From positions 26,474,001 to 26,527,747 of the forward strand of contig OZ210885.1 in NCBI GenBank assembly GCA_964658305.1: a DNA stretch of 53,747 nt, read 5' to 3'. This document shows positions 41,545 to 51,538 of the stretch, piece by piece. Position 1 is the first letter of the stretch. Each line of letters begins with the position of its first letter. The translations under genes and the position numbers were made by a program. The DNA is from Leptogorgia sarmentosa (Eukaryota). The notes below the pieces were generated by a model. It worked only from the letters and a program-made list of their open reading frames with translations. It did no database searches and was not told where the DNA came from.

Positions 41545-44500
41545 AAAACAAACAAACAATTCATTGAAGAGTTAGGAAAATAAATGGCCTGCCTGGGGCA
41601 ATGCACTGGCAAATTGACAAGGAAAATTCTACACCAAACTACCTGTGTGCAGAAAGCCTTGCCTGCATGCCTGCATGCCTGCATGACTGCATGACTGCAT
41701 GACTGCATGACTGCATGACTGCATGACTGCATGACTGCATGACTGCATGCATCCCTCCCGGCACGTCACTGGGCTGGCGAGAATAGATTAGAGTGAATTC
41801 TTACCTCACACGAGCACTGCTATTGCAGCAAGGGTCACGCATGAAAAGGGCCTGCAATCAAGGCACACCAACCAGCAGCTAGGAATTATGATTGAATGCT
41901 ACAAGCAAGGGGAAAAAAACAAACAAACAATTCATTGAAGAGTTAGGAAAATAAATGGCCTGCCTGGGGCAATGCACTGGCAAATTGACAAGGAAAATTC
42001 TACACCAAACTACCTGTGTGCAGAAAGCCTTGCCTGCATGCCTGCATGCCTGCATGACTGCATGACTGCATGACTGCATGACTGCATGACTGCATGACTG
42101 CATGACTGCATGACTGCATGACTGCATGCATCCCTCCCGGCACGTCACTGGGCTGGCGAGAATAGATTAGAGTGAATTCTTACCTCACACGAGCACTGCT
42201 ATTGCAGCAAGGGTCACGCATGAAAAGGGCCTGCAATCAAGGCACACCAACCAGCAGCTAGGAATTATGATTGAATGCTACAAGCAAGGGGAAAAAAACA
42301 AACAAACAATTCATTGAAGAGTTAGGAAAATAAATGGCCTGCCTGGGGCAATGCACTGGCAAATTGACAAGGAAAATTCTACACCAAACTACCTGTGTGC
42401 AGAAAGCCTTGCCTGCATGCCTGCATGCCTGCATGACTGCATGACTGCATGACTGCATGACTGCATGACTGCATGACTGCATGACTGCATGACTGCATGA
42501 CTGCATGACTGCATGCATCCCTCCCGGCACGTCACTGGGCTGGCGAGAATAGATTAGAGTGAATTCTTACCTCACACGAGCACTGCTATTGCAGCAAGGG
42601 TCACGCATGAAAAGGGCCTGCAATCAAGGCACACCAACCAGCAGCTAGGAATTATGATTGAATGCTACAAGCAAGGGGAAAAAAACAAACAAACAATTCA
42701 TTGAAGAGTTAGGAAAATAAATGGCCTGCCTGGGGCAATGCACTGGCAAATTGACAAGGAAAATTCTACACCAAACTACCTGTGTGCAGAAAGCCTTGCC
42801 TGCATGCCTGCATGCCTGCATGACTGCATGACTGCATGACTGCATGACTGCATGACTGCATGACGCATGACTGCATGACTGCATGACTGCATGACTGCAT
42901 GCATCCCTCACGGCACGTCACTGGGCTGGCGAGAATAGATTAGAGTGAATTCTTACCTCACACGAGCACTGCTATTGCAGCAAGGGTCACGCATGAAAAG
43001 GGCCTGCAATCAAGGCACACCAACCAGCAGCTAGGAATTATGATTGAATGCTACAAGCAAGGGGAAAAAAACAAACAAACAATTCATTGAAGAGTTAGGA
43101 AAATAAATGGCCTGCCTGGGGCAATGCACTGGCAAATTGACAAGGAAAATTCTACACCAAACTACCTGTGTGCAGAAAGCCTTGCCTGCATGCCTGCATG
43201 CCTGCATGACTGCATGACTGCATGACTGCATGACTGCATGACTGCATGACTGCATGACTGCATGACTGCATGACTGCATGCATCCCTCCCGGCACGTCAC
43301 TGGGCTGGCGAGAATAGATTAGAGTGAATTCTTACCTCACACGAGCACTGCTATTGCAGCAAGGGTCACGCATGAAAAGGGCCTGCAATCAAGGCACACC
43401 AACCAGCAGCTAGGAATTATGATTGAATGCTACAAGCAAGGGGAAAAAAACAAACAAACAATTCATTGAAGAGTTAGGAAAATAAATGGCCTGCCTGGGG
43501 CAATGCACTGGCAAATTGACAAGGAAAATTCTACACCAAACTACCTGTGTGCAGAAAGCCTTGCCTGCATGCCTGCATGCCTGCATGACTGCATGACTGC
43601 ATGACTGCATGACTGCATGACTGCATGACTGCATGACTGCATGACTGCATGACTGCATGCATCCCTCCCGGCACGTCACTGGGCTGGCGAGAATAGATTA
43701 GAGTGAATTCTTACCTCACACGAGCACTGCTATTGCAGCAAGGGTCACGCATGAAAAGGGCCTGCAATCAAGGCACACCAACCAGCAGCTAGGAATTATG
43801 ATTGAATGCTACAAGCAAGGGGAAAAAAACAAACAAACAATTCATTGAAGAGTTAGGAAAATAAATGGCCTGCCTGGGGCAATGCACTGGCAAATTGACA
43901 AGGAAAATTCTACACCAAACTACCTGTGTGCAGAAAGCCTTGCCTGCATGCCTGCATGCCTGCATGACTGCATGACTGCATGACTGCATGACTGCATGAC
44001 TGCATGACTGCATGACTGCATGACTGCATGCATCCCTCCCGGCACGTCACTGGGCTGGCGAGAATAGATTAGAGTGAATTCTTACCTCACACGAGCACTG
44101 CTATTGCAGCAAGGGTCACGCATGAAAAGGGCCTGCAATCAAGGCACACCAACCAGCAGCTAGGAATTATGATTGAATGCTACAAGCAAGGGGAAAAAAA
44201 CAAACAAACAATTCATTGAAGAGTTAGGAAAATAAATGGCCTGCCTGGGGCAATGCACTGGCAAATTGACAAGGAAAATTCTACACCAAACTACCTGTGT
44301 GCAGAAAGCCTTGCCTGCATGCCTGCATGCCTGCATGACTGCATGACTGCATGACTGCATGACTGCATGACTGCATGACTGCATGACTGCATGACTGCAT
44401 GCATCCCTCCCGGCACGTCACTGGGCTGGCGAGAATAGATTAGAGTGAATTCTTACCTCACACGAGCACTGCTATTGCAGCAAGGGTCACGCATGAAAAG

Positions 44501-44700
44501 GGCCTGCAATCAAGGCACACCAACCAGCAGCTAGGAATTATGATTGAATGCTACAAGCAAGGGGAAAAAAACAAACAAACAATTCATTGAAGAGTTAGGA
44601 AAATAAATGGCCTGCCTGGGGCAATGCACTGGCAAATTGACAAGGAAAATTCAACACCAAACTACCTGTGTGCAGAAAGCCTTGCCTGCATGCCTGCATG
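41545..44700. repeat. Subtelomeric tandem repeat: 8 full units (371, 379, 387, 386, 379, 379, 371, 371 bp) plus a partial unit, each with a variable (TGCATGAC)n octamer tract
   Basis: Units begin AAAACAAACAAACAATTCATTGAAGAG at 41545, 41916, 42295, 42682, 43068, 43447, 43826, 44197 and 44568. Lengths differ by multiples of 8, except one 1-bp deletion. Confidence 0.96.
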
Positions 44701-44924
44701 GAGTTGGTTAATTTTTGGCGACCTAATTTATCCAAAGCAGAGATAAGGCGTTGTGAAAATGTTTGGAGAATTGGGGGTAGAGGTGAATATTTTCTTGCTC
44801 GCATTGCAATGCTGTGCAAATGAATGTTACTCATTGTAGAATGTGTAATTAATTGATATAATTCATTGCAAGAGTTTCCTGCACGCCCGCTCGCGCAGCC
44901 TGGATTAGGGTATTATTTAATGAG

Positions 44925-44959
44925 ATTCCTATTTCCCCACTATGTGGTGAAATAGGAAT
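44925..44959. other. 35-bp near-perfect palindrome (16-bp arms, one mismatch, 3-nt centre)
   Basis: ATTCCTATTTC-C-CCAC-TAT-GTGG-T-GAAATAGGAAT, read directly from the sequence. Confidence 0.9.
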
Positions 44960-45490
44960 ACTAATGAGCTAGTGATATACGAGTATATTATAATGAATTG
45001 AATGTGTTATATGAAATGATAAATATAGATATCACAACACAGATTTCAGGAGTAAACTTATTTCAAAGCGGTTTTTTAAAGTTGTTTTCCATCATTAACG
45101 AACGGGATGAATTCTGGCGGGAGGCATATATCTGATTTAATTAATTTTCTGCAATAAATGCTGAAAAAGCATCTTTATTTTTAAAGCTTATCCAGTTTCA
45201 CAACTTGCTGATCAATCAGTTTAAAAAGCATGTCTATTTTAAGCGATACTCACGTTCATAATTTTGCTGACCCATCCAATAATGCACTTGAAACATGCTG
45301 GCGCAAGCATAATTTCGCCAACACTGATTCTTTTCTTGAAAATCCACTCGGCGATATGATTGCAATGGGCCGTTGTGGCATCCAACCGAACAACGAGGCA
45401 TATTAGTTGAAAATATCGAACATAAAAAGCCCACAAACGCCGCTTCGCGAGATTCCATGTGGTCGCCTGGAAACAATGAATTATCAATGC

Positions 45491-45500
45491 GACCAATCAG
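45491..45500 (+). promoter_or_regulatory. CCAAT box (GACCAATCAG) ~90 bp upstream of the predicted ATG at 45585
   Basis: Good match to the extended NF-Y consensus. Motif evidence only. Confidence 0.4.
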
Positions 45501-45584
45501 GAGCCGTGGAATCGATCACGGGGTTCGATCGTGGCGTCATGGTCAGAAAGCATACGCGTCATTGCGCGCAGTCGTCGGAACGAT

Positions 45585-45741
45585 ATGGACGGGGAACAGG
45601 AGCGATTGAGCTATTTGGAAAAAATTTTCGATGCGATAAGGAAGAATGCCGAAGCGATTGCCAGGAACGAGGACACATTAACACAGCTCGTCGAACGGAC
45701 GAACGAATTTTACAAATCGCTCTTCTCGCCCAAAAACAAAG
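45585..45741 (+). CDS. Predicted exon 1 of the SET-domain protein gene (MDGEQERLSYLEKIFDAIRK..., coiled-coil-like)
   Basis: First in-frame ATG of ORF 45531..45794. It ends at donor AAG|GTACGC (phase 1). Confidence 0.65.
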
Positions 45742-45836
45742 GTACGCGGCGCGGAGAAATTCAGCGTTTCACCTATTCGCATACGTCATCATAAAAAAAC
45801 GATGTTAACGTACGTTCTTTCTTCTAATTCCTTTAG

Positions 45837-45974
45837 GGGGAGTTTTTCAACAAGGACTCATAGACAAAAACCTCGCAAGGATACCGCAACTCAAGCAGTC
45901 GCCGTCGTTGTCGTCGTCCCAGCCCGCAACGAGTGGCCCTGTGGCCAGGCGAGGATTGGGAAAAGGGTCGCCAG
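45837..45974 (+). CDS. Predicted exon 2 (138 nt; GVFQQGLIDKNLARIPQLKQSPSLSSSQPATSGPVARRGLGKGSP)
   Basis: Acceptor TTCTTTCTTCTAATTCCTTTAG| and donor CCAG|GTACGT. The exon is open and phase 1 at both ends, matching its neighbours. Confidence 0.7.
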
Positions 45975-46275
45975 GTACGTACTTTTTTTCAACAACATTG
46001 AAAAAAAGACAACGTGTTATTAGACCCGTTAGACGCGTGCATCGTCATATAGTTTCGAATTAGGTTTTGTCTCTGCGTTTAAAATTCAACCAATCGTATC
46101 GCAGAACTTGAACTCAACTGTCAATCAATGACGAATACCGGGAATATTTCGAATGTTCCACAGCTTCGTTTTCGCTTACGCGTGTTGTATCAAATATTCA
46201 AGTATCGTGTTTTAAACGGAGACCTTTTATAGATTAGCGAAAATTGACAACATTTGCCCATCGTTTTCCCTGCAG

Positions 46276-47110
46276 GTTGTTCTCGCAAGGCCAAGGTCTG
46301 CAAGAGGCAGATGAAGAATAGAGAAACGCCCGCGTTCTTGGCGAGAAAGCGTAAAGCGGCCCAGGCATCGACGACGTCCGGTCCCAGTACTAGTACTAGT
46401 TTGGCTCGACCCGAAACGCAGACCACCACCACTTCGCAACAACCAGTCGTGCACGTAGAGGCCGAGCTGAGATGTACTTTGCCCACTCAAGCGCGTATGC
46501 CCTCCTTCGCGGCGGCGGCGACAACGACGGCAGAAACCGAGAGCGACAGCCCCGAGAGCGACCAAAGTCTGAATGAGAGTGACGCACCAATGGAGGAGAC
46601 GAGTCAGACTGACAAGCCCGCTGAGGAGAGAAAGAAGCTCGGCGTCCAAGTGCAACACGAGCCCGCGAAGAGCGTCACTCTCATTCAGACTTTGGCAAAG
46701 GCGAGGACGGATCGGGCGCCTCGATTCAAGGAATTAGATCTCTTTTGGGTCCAGATGGACGCGTGGGACGTGCTCGATCCTAGCATCGTCGAAGCTCTGA
46801 AAACCGTTCGCGCGGAGTGGATCGCCAAATGCACCGCGCATCCGTTATACACCAACGACCCGAATTTCGCAAAGCTCCTGGTCCGCGTCCACAATACTTG
46901 CAACGGCGTCACGAACTGCGTGCAGCACATCTTGGGCACCATGCTGAAGCTATTCGTGGAGGATCGCAGAGACGATGCAACGGCGACCGCCCTCGATCAT
47001 ATAACCGACCGCATTGGAGAGTTGCAAGACGAGGAATATACCGCTGCGCTCAAAGCGTGCGAGTGCGAATCGTGCAACGACGTTCTCCAGTTTGACGAAA
47101 CATACACGAG
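46276..47110 (+). CDS. Predicted exon 3 (most of ORF 46254..47138): basic NLS-like and S/T/E-rich linker, then a helical Cys/His-containing domain of unknown family
   Basis: Acceptor TTTTCCCTGCAG| is in phase 1 with exon 2. Sequence is GC-rich and coding-like up to a candidate donor GAG|GTATAT (phase 2), after which it becomes AT-rich. Confidence 0.75.
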
Positions 47111-48130
47111 GTATATTATACAAGTTTCATCAAATTAATGCATGCATGGACGCGCTTTACGTACACTCAATTACACGGCCCATCTGACCAATGTTTTCGT
47201 TCGGCGAGGCACTTGAAACTGATTCTTCTTCAAGCCAGTATTCATTCCGGGTCAGACCGCCGTGCATATGTGATGATGGAAAGCGCCTCCATGCCAGTCG
47301 CTAGTAATAGTATAGCTATTCCAGTTAGACAAAATTTTCGAAAACTTCGAAATAGTATACGATTTCACGACAACAACAGCGTTAAAGGCCTTCGTTTTAT
47401 ACTGAAAATAACATGTTTAATTATATTTTTCGCATTTTACAAAATTTCCCAACCAAACTTCGCCAACTTACTAATCAGTTTGGGATGCTCTTTAACGCTG
47501 TTGTTAGCTATGAATTCTTCTACCATTTCGAAATTTTTGAAAAATTTCTCTATTATGCATGCAGTCGGTCCATTGATCGAAGAATTTCCCAGAATTTCCG
47601 GCGGGACTAAATCCTATATCGACTAAGGATACATAGACGTGCAACTCGGCGTAAATTTATGTCAAACAAACGACGATTTTACGAAAACTTTCCGCAAAAA
47701 AAAAACCCGCCAAAAAACAAGTTGCCCTTTAATATATTTTTTTTCGAAGCTTACCGAAAATTACGTTCTCGCATCAGTTCTATTAAATCAACTGACACCA
47801 CCATATGTGCTATATAAAGTCGTCACATTATATTAAATCAAACACCGATACATTTTTCTCGCGTGCGCGTGCGCATGCGCATAAGCGTCGCTCGTTCTGA
47901 ACTGAACTCAGGTGAAGTGAAATGTTTCCGGCATTCCTCAATGTCGCCAGTATGCATGCATGTATATGTTCAATACAAAATCGATTGATGTGTTTTGAAA
48001 TAGAGTCGGAAATTAAGAAAACGTTTAAAAATGTACCAGAAAAAAAGGGGGGGGGGGGAGAGCGTAAAAATGGCGTTGCTTGCTTGCTTGCTCGCTCGCT
48101 TCACGAAACATTTCGTACAAAACATTTCAG

Positions 48131-49811
48131 GTATCACGACGCGTTCGAAAGAAACGAAACCCCAGAGCACACGGAAGAACCGATGTTCGCAAATAGACCA
48201 ATGCACTGCGCAAGCACAGAAATTCGTGCCCAGTACATTAGAAGAAAATTTTCGGGACTTAGTAGTTCTTCGCTGACGAAGCTCTTCTACCTCGCAAATT
48301 CAACTCCTGAATTCAGTCCACCGGCCATCTGCCTCGCCCCTCACACGCAAGTGCAGGAGGCGGTAACGCGCTACATGCAACCGTATCTGCAGGAGAGAAA
48401 GCTCACCGATCCCCTGCCTTCCTCTTGGCGCACACAATCGGCGGCGCGCCCGAATCCCGACGATCTCGTCGAAATTTCGAAACATCACCTGCACTTGTAC
48501 GACGGAGATTCATGCGAAATCCACGTGCCAGTCTCCTCGCAAAACAGCGTCCTAGACGAATTGCGCACGCATGGTCGACATATCAGGGTTCGAATGCCCA
48601 ATCACGACGCGCCCGAGACCGACAGTTCCGTTCGTATTTTCAAGCAGGCGCCCGATTCGGATAAAATGACGCCCTTCATCACGAGGCACATGGGAATCGA
48701 GTCGTTGCGAGCGGCACGCCAGGCTATATTCGACGCGAAAGCGGTCTTCCTGCAGGTCAACGCCACGAAACAGCTGGACATATATCGACGCCTCCTTGCA
48801 GACATCTGGCTTTTGTTCCATGACGACGCCGAGTACCATAGACTGTCCCTGTATCTAGCGACCGCTGGCTTAACGTTTGCCTTCTATACAACCGGCATCG
48901 ACACGTGCATCATGCGCGAAATGCGAGAAGCTAGTAGAGAAAAAAAGGGCTTGTTCAACTTGCCGGAAGAAATTTTCTGTTATCCGATGCGGCCGTGGGA
49001 AATTAGAAGATTGCAGCGTGACGACGTGTCAGCCGAGGAGCGAGAACTCTTAACGCAGCTACGACCGATATGCAACGTGCCGGACGTCCCGGAAAGTACG
49101 TGGCGAGCGCGCGAAGAACTATCAGCAGCGCCGGTAGCAATTCAAGACGAACACGACATGCCCAACAGTCAGCCCGACGACCAATTCTACTATCGACTCG
49201 TGGACTGTGCATTGCACGTCGAAAGCCTGTGTTTCTGCGCACAAAGCACCATTGCAAACGCAGGGCTCGGTCTGTTTTTGAAACCCCGCGTCGCGACGAT
49301 CGCGAAAGGAACACATCTATGCATGTACGCCGCACGAGCGAGTACCGAAGAAGAGCTGTCCCGAAGCAACAGCAGAATGTACGTGATGGAGACGAAGTCC
49401 GGTACGTTCGACGCCGAAAAACCGACAGGCAACAATCTGGGCCGTTACGCGAATCAACTGGGCGTGACGCGCGCTCTCGAAGACGTGAAGGCGTTGTCGC
49501 AGCGGGATCAGCCGCAAATGACCAGCGACGATTGGATAAAGATAGAACGCTCCCTAGACTCGTTAGCGAACGCGGAGTACAAGGTCGTCGCGAGACAACT
49601 CGTTCTAGTTGCTAAACAGGACATTCCTAGCTCGCCAATGCCGACGGAGATCTTTACCAACTACGGCGGTCTACGAAGCTATTGGATTAACGCAGAACGA
49701 AATCACCCGGGCTGTTTTGGCGGTAGTATCAGCGAAATCGTACGCTTTCTACTCCATTCCCAGGAATGCAATTGGTCCGAACAACAACGTGTGGACTGGT
49801 CGTCGCGCTAA
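48131..49811 (+). CDS. SET-domain protein-lysine methyltransferase-like; predicted terminal exon (most of ORF 47922..49811)
   Basis: SET motifs in order at ~49245-49685: STIANAGLGLF...IAKGTHLCMY, DAEKPTGNNLGRYANQ, LVLVAKQDI...EIFTNYG...YW. Acceptor ACATTTCAG| is in phase 2 with the exon 3 donor. Confidence 0.85.
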
Positions 49812-50194
49812 ATCGGCGCTCCAGACGTTTCACTTAGCTTTAATCAGTTCAGACGAGCGTCGCTTTTATAATTAATTAATGCGCATGCGCGCGCGCATGC
49901 ATGCATGCACTGCGATCGACAACATAGTTTTCCAAATCTTTCACACCAAAAATGCTCGAAAACGAACTGTATAGTTCGTTGATTTGCATAGTTGAGAAAA
50001 TGGCATTGATTAAGGATGATTTTCTCAACGATGCAAATCGCTAGTTTTTCTTGTATATAGTAGCAGTTTTGTAAATATTTTCATATTTTTGTCTCCTGAT
50101 ATTGTACGTATACACATACGGCATACATGTGCAAAGACACTTTTAAACTGTGAGTGCAGACACTGCCGATGAATAGTGCTATATATCATATAAT

Positions 50195-50217
50195 TATATA
50201 TATATATATATATATAT
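50195..50217. repeat. (TA)n microsatellite
   Basis: Read directly from the sequence. Confidence 0.9.
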
Positions 50218-50671
50218 GAATGTGAATGAATGTGAACGATTTATTATTACAACAAAGACGTTTCCACTTGCAACAAGCTGTCTCGGTTCAATTTTACCTC
50301 TGAGCAGAGTCTGAAATAATAATTATTCAATCATGCAAACGACATGCATGCAGGTTCTTTCAATCACTTCGAGATGTGATTGACAATTTGAAGGCGAGAC
50401 GAATCTGAAAATTATTTCGGGCTCTGCATGTGAATTTGCCCGAATCTGAATCGTCGATCAAGTCCAACCGGCCGAGCATACGGTTGGAGCTTTCCCGGGG
50501 GGAGGGCGGGGGCTGATTGTGGAAGACCCCGACGAAACGGTTGTTGGCTGTGAGATGACTTTGGTGAGTTTTCATTCAAGCCTGGTTCGACGTGAATTAA
50601 TTGAAAGCATTCAAGATTTGAAAATTGACAGAAATGCTAGCAGGTTAGTTAATCTTCAACCCAGCGTTTTA

Positions 50672-50746
50672 ATTGGTTGGTGTCAAATAATCATATTATT
50701 GAATTGAGCAGTATATAAATGCTAAACTGCACTGCTGCTTTCAGTC
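50672..50746 (+). promoter_or_regulatory. Candidate Pol II core promoter (reverse CCAAT, TATA box, Inr) with no long downstream ORF
   Basis: ATTGG at 50672, TATATAAA at 50712-50719 and TCAGTC at 50741-50746, with the Inr A 31 nt after the first T of the TATA box. A GC box (GGGAGGGCGGGG) lies near 50500. Confidence 0.45.
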
Positions 50747-51229
50747 ACTGCTTTCAAAAAGCGAGCAAACTTACAAACTGAAGCAGCAGCATTGGCATTT
50801 CATAGCATTCACAGGCTGTCACATTAAAAAACATTATACGTATTATATATTTAATTAATTAATAATGTATTGGCGATCATGAATTCGCCGCGAACTCGCG
50901 GTAATTGCGGCGGTTCAAAACAAAAACCTGAACATACCAATTTGATTTAGCTTTCCATCACCACGTTCGCATTCTTTCGTTTGAAAAAGTTTAAAAAGAA
51001 GCAAATTATTAAAGGTCTCGCCGATTATTTAAATGAACGCCATGTGGCCATGTTTGTTTTCCCGCGTGACCTAAAACTGACCTCTATCGAAGTTCATGAA
51101 CGTCTGAACCATAACTTCCGTGACGTCATGTGAAGTTAATTATATTCAAGCCTAAAAGTTCCTCTCCCCAACCCCCTTCCTCACCCCTGTAGACCACCTG
51201 TTCCAGTGAAAAACGCTGAAGTTGAATAG

Positions 51230-51235
51230 TTTATT
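51230..51235 (-). terminator. Candidate polyadenylation signal AATAAA for the recombinase gene
   Basis: TTTATT on the + strand, ~300 bp downstream of the YR stop codon. Confidence 0.35.
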
Positions 51236-51363
51236 TCCATTTTACTATAAAGAACATCTTCTTGTACACACATTCAACAAAACTAGAATGTTTTAATTAA
51301 CCTTATAATTACAAACACATTTCGGTTTTGTTTTTTAATTGCTTTCCTTACCGGACCCAAAAA

Positions 51364-51428
51364 AGAACAGAACAGAACAGAACAGAACAGAACAGAACAG
51401 AACAGAACAGAACAGAACAGAACAGAAC
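51364..51428. repeat. (AGAAC)13 pentanucleotide microsatellite
   Basis: Read directly from the sequence; it explains the spurious NRTEQ ORF. Confidence 0.93.
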
Positions 51429-51538
51429 AGAATAGAAAGTTGGAAAAGAAGAGGAAAGAATGCCAAGAGAGTAGAAGACCTAGTTTCGCTCGCTCGCTCG
51501 GTCGGTACTCGAATTTTTAGATTATTTCATTCCGGCAA

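Noticed and set aside
41545..44700. CRISPR-like array
   Set aside because: The intervening sequences are identical rather than unique spacers, units are ~380 bp, there are no cas genes, and the context is eukaryotic.
41301..44773. 17-bp direct repeat AAATGTTTGGAGAATTG on both sides of the ~379-bp array (41301 and 44757)
   Set aside because: It is not flush with the array ends and the similarity does not extend, so it cannot be called a target-site duplication.
41526..44834. Repeated minus-strand ORFs (MQSCSHAV...)
   Set aside because: They are by-products of the octamer and tandem repeat; start and frame vary with octamer count.
45234..45401. MPRCSVGCHN... as a THAP-like zinc finger on the minus strand
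   Set aside because: Only the start resembles THAP; the conserved Pro and the CxxHF motif are missing and the ORF is short.
47138..47836. 162-aa and 65-aa ORFs
   Set aside because: They are AT-rich, have no recognisable motif, and lie in predicted intron 3.
50360..50383. TCAATCAC-N8-GTGATTGA inverted repeat
   Set aside because: An 8-bp arm pair is expected by chance in ~10 kb of sequence.
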